Source of the DNA: an uncultured virus (IMG/VR IMGVR_UViG_3300010157_000038)
Lineage: Duplodnaviria; Heunggongvirae; Uroviricota; Caudoviricetes
Virus record (IMG/VR): IMGVR_UViG_3300010157_000038
Length of the DNA stretch: 64,000 nucleotides
Strand: one strand, 5' to 3'
The notes beneath the pieces were generated by a model, which worked only from the letters and a program-made list of their open reading frames with translations, did no database searches and was not told where the DNA came from. The position numbers and the translations under genes are program-made. Each line of letters starts with the position of its first letter. The first letter of the stretch is position 1. Below, in pieces: positions 1-9,851 of this stretch.

Positions 1-1593
1 CAAGGTACTCAAGGTACTCAAGGTATTCAAGGTATTCAAGGTACACAAGGTACACAAGGTATTCAGGGTATTCAAGGAACCGCTATTACTCCTGGAATTC
101 TTTCATATACTTTTGATAGCGGAAGCGTAATGGCTGATCCTGGAGTGGGCATGATTCGATACAACTCCGGGGTTGGTTATAGCGTTACTGTTGTTGGTTA
201 TATCGGGCCTATTGCCGACCTAAAAATTAGTTCTATTACAAATGGACCAATTGAAGTTGGAATGACGGTAACTGGCCCAGGAATTACTACAACTGTTACT
301 GTTACACAATTGCCTGTTGCTGGTGGAAACTCCATTGGAACATATAAAATTTCTGGGCAAACTTCAAACGTTGGATCGTCAGGTGCACCAGTTACCTTTA
401 CCCTTACTTCGGTTACTGGAACTTTACCAGCCACAACAAATATTGCAATTAGTGGAACTACATCGGATCTTTATAATGTATCAAATTATATTGCAACATG
501 GGACGATTCAACCAATATTCCAAAAGGAAATCTTGTTGTTAAGAGTCTAACTTCTCCTTCGACCTATAGTATTTTTGCAATTAATTCTGTTACTTTTAAT
601 ACCACGTGGTTACAGTTAGGTGTTTCTTATGTGTCGGGAGTTGTTCCTGCAAATGATGAAAATCTCATGGCTGAATTTTGCAGAACCGGTGATGCTGGTG
701 CACAGGGAGTTCAAGGTACTCAGGGTACACAAGGTCGCCAAGGTATTCAAGGACTACAAGGTACATTAGGCTCTCAGGGTATTCAAGGGAATACGGGTGC
801 TCAAGGCACACAAGGTATTCAAGGTCGCCAAGGTATTACAGGTTCACAGGGTATTACAGGAGCCGATGGAGCACAAGGTACTCAAGGTATTCAGGGTCGC
901 CAAGGTATTACAGGTTCACAAGGTATTACAGGTTCACAAGGCACTCAGGGCACTCAGGGCACTCAGGGCACTCAAGGTATTCAAGGCACATTAGGAGCAC
1001 AAGGTATTCAAGGTATTAGTGGTGCATATGCCGCGCAAGGTATTCAAGGGAATACGGGTGCTCAAGGCACACAAGGTATTCAAGGTCGCCAAGGTATTAC
1101 AGGTTCACAAGGTATTACAGGTTCACAAGGTATTACAGGTTCACAAGGTATTCAGGGCACTCAGGGCACTCAAGGTATTCAAGGCACATTAGGAGCACAA
1201 GGTATTCAGGGCACTCAAGGTGCACAAGGTATTAGTGCAACAACAAATGGCGCAGTGTATTCATTAGGTCTTAAAAACGCTTCTACTGGAACTGTTGCCT
1301 ATGACTGTGCTGCAACCGATTCTTTTTATCATACCGCTCCTGCAGCAAATTGGACCGCAAATCTTACAAACCTAAATTTAACTTCAAATACAACTCGAAA
1401 TATCCATTTATATATTGCTCAAGGCGATCCTGCATATACTCCAACGACTATTCAAATTGGTGGAGTTACAAAAACCGTACTTTATAGTGGCGGAACTGCT
1501 GGACATAGAAATACAACGGATATATTTGAATTAAGGGTATTGAATGTTTCCGGTACATATTTTGTTTACGGTGACATTTCTGCATACAACTAA
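1..1593 (+). CDS. Collagen-like (Gly-X-Gln repeat) tail fibre/structural protein, 5'-truncated
   Basis: Frame 1 is open from base 1 (QGTQGTQGIQG...). A long GXQ tract spans ~691-1230, flanked by beta-rich domains. Lies just upstream of gp15. Confidence 0.8.
   Translation, partial: QGTQGTQGIQGIQGTQGTQGIQGIQGTAITPGILSYTFDSGSVMADPGVGMIRYNSGVGYSVTVVGYIGPIADLKISSITNGPIEVGMTVTGPGITTTVTVTQLPVAGGNSIGTYKISGQTSNVGSSGAPVTFTLTSVTGTLPATTNIAISGTTSDLYNVSNYIATWDDSTNIPKGNLVVKSLTSPSTYSIFAINSVTFNTTWLQLGVSYVSGVVPANDENLMAEFCRTGDAGAQGVQGTQGTQGRQGIQGLQGTLGSQGIQGNTGAQGTQGIQGRQGITGSQGITGADGAQGTQGIQGRQGITGSQGITGSQGTQGTQGTQGTQGIQGTLGAQGIQGISGAYAAQGIQGNTGAQGTQGIQGRQGITGSQGITGSQGITGSQGIQGTQGTQGIQGTLGAQGIQGTQGAQGISATTNGAVYSLGLKNASTGTVAYDCAATDSFYHTAPAANWTANLTNLNLTSNTTRNIHLYIAQGDPAYTPTTIQIGGVTKTVLYSGGTAGHRNTTDIFELRVLNVSGTYFVYGDISAYN
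691..1233 (+). repeat. 9-bp-period coding repeat (caaggtact/caaggtatt) with a ~70-nt exact internal duplication
   Basis: gtattcaagggaatacgggtgctcaaggcacacaaggtattcaaggtcgccaaggtattacaggttcaca occurs at ~779 and ~1040. Confidence 0.9.
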
Positions 1594-1600
1594 TTTTTAA

Positions 1601-2584
1601 ATGCTAAACAGTCATTTCTATCACGCGACAGTTCGAAAGATCGTATCGGTATTCGGTACGGTCTTCAATAACATTTCCGTGGTTCGTCGTGATCAAACCG
1701 GTAAAGTTATCAATATCCAGAGAGTTCCTCTGGCGTATGGTCCAAAGCAAAAGTTTCTGGCTCGTATCGATGAACAGCCTGATCTCAATGCTCCAAAGAT
1801 TGCGATCAAGCTCCCTCGCATGAGCTTTGAGATCGTAACGATGGTCTATGACGCCTCGACAAAGATCAATAGAAACAATTTAATTTCAACTAATAATCCG
1901 GCTGACTCGATGAGTAAGCTTTCAGTCCGACAATTCGCGCCATATAGAATGGGTATAGAGTTATCCATCATGGCAAAGAATCAAGATGATGCATTACAGG
2001 TCATTGAGCAGATACTACCTTATTTTCAGCCCGAGTATACAGTCACTATGAAAGACGTGGAAGGTATGGACATACTGAACGACATACCAATCGTATTAAC
2101 AAACGTTGTAATGAATGAGGACTACGAAGGTGATTTCATGACTCGCAGAGCGATCATTTACACGCTTACTTTTGAGTTAAGAGTAAGGTTCTACGGTCCT
2201 ACACAGACAACTGGAGTGATTAAACAAGTCATCGCTGACATCATCAATAATGAGACGAATCAGCCTATTGAGAGAATTACTGCAACCGTAGATCCTTTAA
2301 CCGCCACACAAACCCAGGCACACCGCATATTAAACGCCATTTCTTTCTTTACAAATACTACATCATTCAATCTGCATATGAATGCAGGCACCGGAATTTA
2401 TGCAGCGAATGAGAGTGTAGTAGGTACAACTTCTGGAACCAGCGCTAGTGTAGTTAGTTTTACAAATAATGTTTTACTAGTAAAGAATGCTACAGGAATA
2501 TTTAAAGTAGGAGAAACTGTCGTAGGTCAGAACTCAAATACCACGAGAGTCATAGGTACGATTGTTCCTACCTACGACGCTTAA
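1601..2584 (+). CDS. gp15: Tail sheath stabilizer/terminator gp15 with C-terminal extension
   Basis: FGTVFNNI, VPLAYGPKQKF, LPRMSFE, QILPYFQP motifs; T4 gene order. Confidence 0.92.
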   Translation: MLNSHFYHATVRKIVSVFGTVFNNISVVRRDQTGKVINIQRVPLAYGPKQKFLARIDEQPDLNAPKIAIKLPRMSFEIVTMVYDASTKINRNNLISTNNPADSMSKLSVRQFAPYRMGIELSIMAKNQDDALQVIEQILPYFQPEYTVTMKDVEGMDILNDIPIVLTNVVMNEDYEGDFMTRRAIIYTLTFELRVRFYGPTQTTGVIKQVIADIINNETNQPIERITATVDPLTATQTQAHRILNAISFFTNTTSFNLHMNAGTGIYAANESVVGTTSGTSASVVSFTNNVLLVKNATGIFKVGETVVGQNSNTTRVIGTIVPTYDA

Positions 2585-2599
2585 AGCTTTCTTTATATA

Positions 2600-3076
2600 A
2601 TGAATAACTCTGAAAAAAATAAATTAGATCAAGAAGAGATAAAAAAGAGGTTAGAGGCAAACTTACCTTCTGACTTAGTAGCAGGAGTAATAAAAACAGA
2701 TACTGCTGTGGAAATTGATAAGTCGATAAAGTCTGAAAAAGATATTGATGACGACTATGAATTTTCTCGAAAGACTTATAGAGATTTAGTCGATAAATCA
2801 AACCACGCGATAGAGTCTATGCTAGAATTGGCGAGTAATTCTGAACACCCAAGAGCGTTTGAAGTACTTTCAAACATGTTAAAGAATACTTCTGATATGA
2901 CTCAAAAATTAATGGATCTTCAAAAAGATAAAAAGGCAATAAAGAAAGCTGAAGAAAAGTCTCAAGCAAATTCTACAAATACTACGAATAACAATCTATT
3001 TGTTGGATCCACGTCTGACCTGCAGAAGCACTTGATATTAAAATTATCTGAAAACAATGTCACAGATGTTCGTTAA
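2600..3076 (+). CDS. gp16: Terminase small subunit
   Basis: DDDYEFSR, SEHPRAFEV, NNLFVGSTSDLQK; directly upstream of gp17. Confidence 0.9.
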   Translation: MNNSEKNKLDQEEIKKRLEANLPSDLVAGVIKTDTAVEIDKSIKSEKDIDDDYEFSRKTYRDLVDKSNHAIESMLELASNSEHPRAFEVLSNMLKNTSDMTQKLMDLQKDKKAIKKAEEKSQANSTNTTNNNLFVGSTSDLQKHLILKLSENNVTDVR

Positions 3077-4670
3077 GCCTTCCCATCTCGGATATCTCGG
3101 AAATCCGCAAGTGAAACGAGATGGCGTAAATCAACAATTTACGAACGAAGAGGTGTCTGAATATCTCAAGTGCATGAAAGATCCAGTTTATTTTGCAAAA
3201 ACTTACGTAAAGGTCATAAGTTTAGATAAAGGATTGGTTCCATTCGAACCGTATCCTTATCAGAAAAAAATGTTTGAGCATTTTAATGAAAATCGTTTCT
3301 CTATCGTTCTTGCGTGTCGCCAGTCAGGAAAATCGATCTCGTCAGTGATATACATCCTTTGGTACGCGCTGTTTCAACCAGATAAAACCATTGCAGTTCT
3401 TGCGAATAAGGGCTCTACTTCTCAAGAGATGCTATCGCGTATCACACTAGCGCTTGAGAATTTACCTTTCTTTCTTCAACCGGGCTGTAAAGCTCTGAAT
3501 AAAAGATCCATTGAGTTCTCAAATAACTCAAGAATAATAGCTTCTGCAACATCTGGATCTTCAATTCGTGGACTTTCAGTCAATCTACTTTTTCTCGATG
3601 AGTTTGCCTTTGTTGAGAAAGCTGGCACATTTTATACGTCGACCTATCCAGTAATTACTTCTGGTAATACTTCTCGCGTGATTATCACTTCTACCGCTAA
3701 TGGAGTTGGGAACATGTATCATAGGTTATGGGAAGGATCGGTGCAAAAAACAAATTCATATCAATCATTTCGTGTGGACTGGTGGGACGTTCCTGGAAGA
3801 GATGAAAAATGGAAAGCACAAACGATATCAAATACTTCAGCCCTTCAGTTTGAACAAGAGTTTGGTAACTCATTTGTAGGTACGGGATCAACTTTGATTA
3901 ATGCAGAGACGCTTTTATCATTAAGAGCTGAAAACCCATTAAGAACAAAGGATAAGACTTCGATCTATGAAGATGCTATTCCAGGTCACAACTATGTAAT
4001 GACCGTTGACGTCGCTAAAGGAAGAGGTCAAGACTTCTCGACCTTCTCAATCATAGACATATCTGTGAAACCGTTCAAGGCTGTGGCTTGTTTTCGAGAT
4101 AATCTAATGTCTCCTTTACTATTTCCTGATACGATTCATAGGTACGCAAAGATGTATAATAAGGCGTATGTACTCGTGGAATCAAACGACTCAGGTTCTG
4201 TAGTATGCAATGGGTTATATTATGATTTAGAATACGAGAATATGTTTGTGGAATCTGTGGTAAAAGCCAGTTCGATCGGTGTTACCATGACTAAAAAGAC
4301 AAAGAGAATCGGCTGCTCTCATTTAAAAGATATGATTGAGACCAAGAAACTGATCGTTACTGATGCAGAAACAATCGCCGAATTAAGTACTTTTGAAGAG
4401 AATGGTAGTTCGTACGAAGCTTCCGATGGAAATCATGACGATCTCGTTATGAATCTAGTGCTTTTTGCGTGGTTTGCGGCCACTGACCTATTTGCCTCGA
4501 TGGCAGACGTCGATTTAAAGTCTATGCTTTATTCAGAAAGGCTTAAGATGGCAGAAGAAGACATCGCTCCAGTTGGAGTATTTTCTGAGAAAGAAACTTT
4601 AAAAGACAGATACGAAGTAGATAAAGACGGAAACATATGGGAAGAAGTGTCACACCACTGGCTATCTTAA
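3057..4670 (+). CDS. gp17: Terminase large subunit
   Basis: Walker A CRQSGKS, LFLDEFAFV, ITSTANG, nuclease motifs VDVAKGRGQD and HDDLVM. Confidence 0.97.
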   Translation: MSQMFVKPSHLGYLGNPQVKRDGVNQQFTNEEVSEYLKCMKDPVYFAKTYVKVISLDKGLVPFEPYPYQKKMFEHFNENRFSIVLACRQSGKSISSVIYILWYALFQPDKTIAVLANKGSTSQEMLSRITLALENLPFFLQPGCKALNKRSIEFSNNSRIIASATSGSSIRGLSVNLLFLDEFAFVEKAGTFYTSTYPVITSGNTSRVIITSTANGVGNMYHRLWEGSVQKTNSYQSFRVDWWDVPGRDEKWKAQTISNTSALQFEQEFGNSFVGTGSTLINAETLLSLRAENPLRTKDKTSIYEDAIPGHNYVMTVDVAKGRGQDFSTFSIIDISVKPFKAVACFRDNLMSPLLFPDTIHRYAKMYNKAYVLVESNDSGSVVCNGLYYDLEYENMFVESVVKASSIGVTMTKKTKRIGCSHLKDMIETKKLIVTDAETIAELSTFEENGSSYEASDGNHDDLVMNLVLFAWFAATDLFASMADVDLKSMLYSERLKMAEEDIAPVGVFSEKETLKDRYEVDKDGNIWEEVSHHWLS

Positions 4671-4682
4671 AATAGCTCTACT

Positions 4683-4690
4683 TATAAATA
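4683..4690 (+). promoter_or_regulatory. T4-type late promoter TATAAATA (gp18)
   Basis: Exact gp55 consensus in the intergenic region before the sheath gene. Confidence 0.85.
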
Positions 4691-4750
4691 GATACAGTCT
4701 ATTGAATTCCTCGTATTATGTTTCTTATTAACATCTAACTCATCACGAAC

Positions 4751-6454
4751 ATGGCATTTTTAGTTTCTCCAGGAGTTCAGGTCAATGAAGTTGACTTGAC
4801 CAATGTCGTACCAGCAGTCTCTACCTCAATCGGTGGATACGCAGGTGCTTTCGAGTGGGGTCCAATCAACGAGTACGTAACAGTAGGATTCGAAAAAGAT
4901 CTTGTTACAAACTTTGGAACACCTACCGCAACAACAGCAGAATCATTCTTTACCGCAGCTTCATTTTTGAAGTACGGTACAGCTCTTAAAGTAGTACGCG
5001 CAGCAACCTTAACCGGTGGCTCAACAGTACTCAATTCAACAACTAGTCATTTAGGTACTTCAGGTATCTTGATAGCAAATCGTGCAGCTTACGAAGGTCT
5101 ATCATTAGGTACAAATACAGTTGGTGAGTTTGCAGCTAAATGGGCAGGTGCTTATGGCAATAGCTTAACATTAAGCGTATGTCCAGCGAGCTCTGTTGCT
5201 TTTAGTTCATGGGCTTACAAATCGTTATTCACTGCTGCTCCTAGCACTTCTGATTATGCCGCTTCAACAGGTTCTTCTAAGGATGAACTTCATATCGTGG
5301 TAGTAGATGCTAATGGACTCTTTACCGGAACACCCGGCACCGTCCTAGAAACATTCTCCTTTGTTTCTCAAGCGCCTGATGCTCTTACAAACGATGGTAC
5401 TTCAAACTACTACGTCAACGTATTAGCAACAGCATCCAAATACATCTGGTGGTTAGCACACCCTGCTACATTAACTAATGCAGGCACTGCTTCAACTACT
5501 CTCGCTGGTGCTTATACTACTGGCACAACGGCTCTCAGTTACACATTCACTGGCGGAGCAAACTTAACACCTGCTACAGGTGATGTAGAAACCGCACTTA
5601 GTGTATTAGCTGACGCAGAAACAGTTGACGTAAACTTACTCTTTGCAGTACCAGATGGAGCTTCAGTTATTGCTGGACAATTAATCAGTATTGCAGAAGC
5701 ACGTAGAGATCTTGTGGCTTTCTTATCGCCTCCAATCTCTGCTACTGTTAACAGCGCTACTCCTAATTCTTCAGTTATGACTTGGGCAAATGCAATCACA
5801 TCAAGCTCTTACGCGGTGATGGATTCAACAGCTCTTAAAGTTTATAACAAGTATAATGACACATATATCTGGATTCCAGCTTGTGGTCATATCGCCGGTC
5901 TATGTGCTCATACAGATAATGTATCTGACGCTTGGTTCTCACCAGCAGGATACAACCGTGGTAATCTCTTAGGAGTAACAAAGCTTGCTTATAATCCAGC
6001 TCAAGCCGATCGTGATACACTCTATAAAGGACGTGTTAACCCAATCGTCTCGTTCCCTGGCCAAGGCATCCTGCTCTATGGAGATAAGACTGCTCAAGCA
6101 AAGCCTTCCGCATTCGATCGTATCAATGTACGTCGTCTCTTCATCGTTCTTGAAAAAGCAATTGCTACTGCAGCAAAGTATCAATTATTTGAGTTCAATG
6201 ATCAGTTCACGCAAGCCATGTTCCGTAACATGACTGAACCATTCTTACGTGACGTTCAAGGTCGCCGTGGTATCACTGCTTTTAAGGTTATCTGTGATAG
6301 CACGAACAACACTCCTCAGATTGTTGATTCCAACCAGTTCAGAGCTGATATCTACATTCAACCAGCCCGTTCTATCAACTTCATTACGCTTAACTTCATT
6401 GCTACTCGCACTGGCGTAAGCTTCACGGAATTAGTTGGTACTAATGCGGGTTAA
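4751..6454 (+). CDS. gp18: Tail sheath protein
   Basis: SPGVQVNEVDLT, WFSPAGYNRG, FDRINVRRLF, FEFND. Confidence 0.97.
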   Translation: MAFLVSPGVQVNEVDLTNVVPAVSTSIGGYAGAFEWGPINEYVTVGFEKDLVTNFGTPTATTAESFFTAASFLKYGTALKVVRAATLTGGSTVLNSTTSHLGTSGILIANRAAYEGLSLGTNTVGEFAAKWAGAYGNSLTLSVCPASSVAFSSWAYKSLFTAAPSTSDYAASTGSSKDELHIVVVDANGLFTGTPGTVLETFSFVSQAPDALTNDGTSNYYVNVLATASKYIWWLAHPATLTNAGTASTTLAGAYTTGTTALSYTFTGGANLTPATGDVETALSVLADAETVDVNLLFAVPDGASVIAGQLISIAEARRDLVAFLSPPISATVNSATPNSSVMTWANAITSSSYAVMDSTALKVYNKYNDTYIWIPACGHIAGLCAHTDNVSDAWFSPAGYNRGNLLGVTKLAYNPAQADRDTLYKGRVNPIVSFPGQGILLYGDKTAQAKPSAFDRINVRRLFIVLEKAIATAAKYQLFEFNDQFTQAMFRNMTEPFLRDVQGRRGITAFKVICDSTNNTPQIVDSNQFRADIYIQPARSINFITLNFIATRTGVSFTELVGTNAG

Positions 6455-6509
6455 TACGAATACCAGCAATAAATACTATCAACAATCCATAAAATAGGAA
6501 AACACTCAC

Positions 6510-7040
6510 ATGGCAACTTTAGGAATTAATGACTTTAAGTCAAAACTAGTCGGCGGTGGTGCACGTAACAACTTATTTCAAGTTACGTGTAACTTTCCAG
6601 CATTTGCAGGAGGCAATAGCGAACTTGCTTCCTTTTTAATCAAGGCAGCTCAACTTCCTTCATCAATCATATCCCCAATTGTCGTACCATTTCGTGGTCG
6701 TCACTTAACGATTGCAGGAGATCGTTCGTTTGATCCTTGGAATATTACTATCATTAATGATTCAAATATGTCCATACGTAACGCATTTGAGCGTTGGGTA
6801 GGTAACATCAATAACAATGCATATAATACTGGTCTAGTAACTCCAGCGAGCTATATGGTAGATATGTCCGTATCACAACTTGATAAAACAGGTCGTACTA
6901 CTAAGACTTATATAATTCGTAGCGCTTGGCCATCAGTAGTTTCAGCTATTGATCTAAGTTACGATACAGAAAATGCTATCGAAGAGTTCACTGTACAGCT
7001 AGAAATGCTTTACTGGGAATCTCCTGAGTCAGCTGTTTAA
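6510..7040 (+). CDS. gp19: Tail tube protein
   Basis: GGGARNNLF, FRGR..AGDRSFDPW, IEEFTV. Confidence 0.95.
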   Translation: MATLGINDFKSKLVGGGARNNLFQVTCNFPAFAGGNSELASFLIKAAQLPSSIISPIVVPFRGRHLTIAGDRSFDPWNITIINDSNMSIRNAFERWVGNINNNAYNTGLVTPASYMVDMSVSQLDKTGRTTKTYIIRSAWPSVVSAIDLSYDTENAIEEFTVQLEMLYWESPESAV

Positions 7041-7074
7041 TCAATAATAGTCATATAACGACTTAAAAACGTTG

Positions 7075-7082
7075 TATAAATA
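7075..7082 (+). promoter_or_regulatory. Late promoter TATAAATA (gp20)
   Basis: Exact consensus. Confidence 0.8.
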
Positions 7083-7124
7083 ATGGAGGAGGGTGCGAGT
7101 AATGATCTCGCCCTCCTCTATTTT
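7082..7124 (+). terminator. GC-rich hairpin (terminator or 5' stabilising stem)
   Basis: AATGGAGGAGGG(TG)CGAG / CTCGCCCTCCTCTATT followed by T-rich tail. Confidence 0.6.
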
Positions 7125-7157
7125 ATTACTACTGAATAACAATTATATTACAAAAAA

Positions 7158-8795
7158 ATGGAATTCTTCGGTTTCAGCATCACACGCAATCCTAATACGC
7201 CGGAAGAGAAAAAGAAAAAGCTGCAATCACAGTCAGATTCTTTTGTCCCGCCCTCAAGTGAAGATGGATCTTCAGCAATCGCAGCGGGTGGTTACTATGG
7301 CCAATACTTGGACATGGATGGAGATGCAGCAAAGTCTGACATCGATCTAATTCGTAAGTATCGTTTAACTGCAGAACAGCCAGAATGTGACGCCGCAATT
7401 GATGATATCGTAAATGAAGTAGTGGTTAGTGACGATGATGCAGGACCGGTTAATTTAAATTTAGATAGACTAGATCAACCAGAAAGTATTAAGAAAGAAA
7501 TACGCAATGAATTTGAACAAGTCATTCGATTACTTAATTTCAATATCAATGGTACGGATATATTCCGTCGCTGGTACGTTGATGGACGCCTGTATTATCA
7601 TATCATTGTAGATGATGAAGATCGTAAGGCAGGTATCAAGGAGCTACGAGGCATTGACGCACTTCGCATGCGTAAGGTTAGAGAAGTAAAAGAAGACGTA
7701 GATTTAAAAACAGGCGCAAAGATCATTAAAACACTTGACGAGTACTTCTTATATCAAGAGGGTGGACTACAAAAGTCAGATATAGGTATCAAGATCAATA
7801 AAGATGCAATCTGCTATGTCCCATCAGGAATTTTGGATTCCACTCGTAAGCGCGTTCTTTCGGCATTGCATAAGGCAGTCAAACCAGTGAACCAATTAAG
7901 GTTCATGGAAGACTCACTCGTAATTTATCGTTTAGCTAGAGCTCCTGAACGTCGTATATTTTATATCGATGTTGGAAACTTGCCAAAGGGTAAAGCTGAA
8001 GAGTATCTTCGTACTGTTATGAATCAGTACAGAAATAAGATAGTATATGATTCTGCAACCGGCGAGATACGCGATGACCGTAAGCATATGTCAATGCTTG
8101 AAGACTTTTGGCTACCTCGCCGTGAGGGTGGAAGAGGAACCGAGATCACAACCTTACCGGGCGGAGAGAATCTAGGTCAAATCGATGACATCATTTTCTT
8201 CCAAAAGAAGCTGTATCGCGCGTTAAATGTTCCAATCTCACGCATGGAGCCAGAAACTGGGTTTAATATTGGAAAATCGTCAGAGATTACCCGCGACGAG
8301 ATTAAGTTTCAGAAGTTTGTCGATAAGATGCGTAAGAAATTCTCATTACTTTTCTTTGAAGTACTTAAAGTACAACTTATCTTAAAAGGCGTTATTACTC
8401 TAGAGGATTGGCCTGAATTCCGTGAATGTATGGTCATTGACTATAAGAAAGATAACCACTTTTCTGAATTAAAGGAAAATGAGATATTGATGGATAGGGT
8501 CAACATGCTGACTCAGCTCGCTCCATACGTGGGTAGGTTCTATTCAGAGCATTGGATACGTCGTAATGTTCTTCGTCAAACTGATGAAGATATCGAAGTC
8601 ATGGATGAACAGATTTCAGAAGAAGGATCCAATGACACCTATAATCAACTCAATGATTTAGAGATGACTGACGACAAACAAACTGCTGCAGATGGTGAAA
8701 ATGAAGAGGTTTTAGATGATTCTGATGAAGAAAATGATAAAAAATCTCAAAAATCTAATAAAAGCAAGGCAATAAAGAAGCCTTCTAAAAAATAA
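7158..8795 (+). CDS. gp20: Portal protein
   Basis: RRWYVDGR, YRLARAPERRIFYIDVGNLPK, EDFWLPRREGGRGTEI. Confidence 0.97.
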   Translation: MEFFGFSITRNPNTPEEKKKKLQSQSDSFVPPSSEDGSSAIAAGGYYGQYLDMDGDAAKSDIDLIRKYRLTAEQPECDAAIDDIVNEVVVSDDDAGPVNLNLDRLDQPESIKKEIRNEFEQVIRLLNFNINGTDIFRRWYVDGRLYYHIIVDDEDRKAGIKELRGIDALRMRKVREVKEDVDLKTGAKIIKTLDEYFLYQEGGLQKSDIGIKINKDAICYVPSGILDSTRKRVLSALHKAVKPVNQLRFMEDSLVIYRLARAPERRIFYIDVGNLPKGKAEEYLRTVMNQYRNKIVYDSATGEIRDDRKHMSMLEDFWLPRREGGRGTEITTLPGGENLGQIDDIIFFQKKLYRALNVPISRMEPETGFNIGKSSEITRDEIKFQKFVDKMRKKFSLLFFEVLKVQLILKGVITLEDWPEFRECMVIDYKKDNHFSELKENEILMDRVNMLTQLAPYVGRFYSEHWIRRNVLRQTDEDIEVMDEQISEEGSNDTYNQLNDLEMTDDKQTAADGENEEVLDDSDEENDKKSQKSNKSKAIKKPSKK

Positions 8796-8799
8796 AACA

Positions 8800-8807
8800 T
8801 ATAAATA
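8800..8807 (+). promoter_or_regulatory. Late promoter TATAAATA
   Basis: Exact consensus upstream of prohead core genes. Confidence 0.8.
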
Positions 8808-8817
8808 GATAATACAA

Positions 8818-9009
8818 ATGAATCTTTCTACGAATGTTTCAAATTTAGTTAGCTCTCTCGCTAAAGGTAAAATGTCAGAAGCTGAAACTTATTTTACTAG
8901 AGCTATGACTGAAAAGATGAATTCAGCCTTAGATGAACGCAAGATTGCTATTGCGAGCCAAATATACAATAAACCTTCTTTAGAATCACAAGCCGATAAA
9001 ACAGTATGA
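8818..9009 (+). CDS. Small prohead core protein (gp67-like)
   Basis: Position between gp20 and gp21; helical AMTEKMNSALDERKIAIA. Confidence 0.65.
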   Translation: MNLSTNVSNLVSSLAKGKMSEAETYFTRAMTEKMNSALDERKIAIASQIYNKPSLESQADKTV

Positions 9010-9650
9010 AACTCATCTCAGAAAGTTTAGATTCTAATATTCAGCTTATTTCAGAAGGAACTGGCGCGGATAAGAAGCTGTACATCAGTGGAGTTTTCAT
9101 GCAGGCCGAACAAAAAAATCGTAATGGACGTATATATCCTAAGAAAGTATTATTTCCTGCAGTTCAAAAATATGTTACAGAGCAAGTAAGCAAGGGTCGT
9201 GCAGTTGGAGAATTAAATCATCCTGACGGTCCTACAGTAAATTTAGATAAGGTTTCTCATCGTATTACTGAACTTACTTGGAACGGTGATGATGTAATGG
9301 GTAAAGCTCTCATACTTAATACTCCATCGGGTCAGATCGTAAAAGGTTTACTCGAAGGCGGAGTTTATGTAGGTGTTTCAACTCGCGGAATGGGCTCATT
9401 AGAACGAGTCGGCGACGCGATGTATGTAAAAAATGATTTTATTCTTGCTACCGTTGACATCGTACAAGATCCATCAGCACCAGATGCATTTGTAAATGGA
9501 ATAATGGAAGGTGTTGAATATTTTGTAAAAGGTAATGAGATCGTAGTAGAAAAAATACAGAAGAAGATTCATAATATGTCTTCAAAGCAATTGGCAGAAG
9601 CTCAAGTACAATTATTTAAAGATTTCTTAAAAGAGATCTCAAACAAATAA
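9006..9650 (+). CDS. gp21: Prohead protease
   Basis: KNRNGRIYP, GELNHP, GVSTRGMGS, DIVQDPSAPDAFV. Confidence 0.96.
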   Translation: MKLISESLDSNIQLISEGTGADKKLYISGVFMQAEQKNRNGRIYPKKVLFPAVQKYVTEQVSKGRAVGELNHPDGPTVNLDKVSHRITELTWNGDDVMGKALILNTPSGQIVKGLLEGGVYVGVSTRGMGSLERVGDAMYVKNDFILATVDIVQDPSAPDAFVNGIMEGVEYFVKGNEIVVEKIQKKIHNMSSKQLAEAQVQLFKDFLKEISNK

Positions 9651-9662
9651 CTAAGTGATATA

Positions 9663-9818
9663 ATGAGTTTTTTGCAAAAAGAAAAATTTTACGTTATGGG
9701 TGGGACAAAGGGTATTCTTAAACATGGAGACGTGAATATATGCCTCGAGTCGAAATTGAATAAACAGAGACTGAAATTAAGCTTCTTATCGAGCGAAGAT
9801 TTCCTCTCAAAACTTTAA
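9663..9818 (+). pseudogene. Degenerate duplicate of a gp21 3' end (51-codon ORF ending DFLSKL)
   Basis: ORF reads ..KGILK..EDFLSKL*. Another frame (9752-9781) reads EIE*TETEIK. Both match C-termini typical of T4-like gp21. Confidence 0.55.
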
Positions 9819-9851
9819 CCGCTATAATATTTATAGTAGGGAAAAAACACT

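Noticed and set aside
1..1233. Possible CRISPR array or DGR repeat
   Set aside because: 9-bp coding periodicity without unique spacers; no cas operon or reverse transcriptase in the window.
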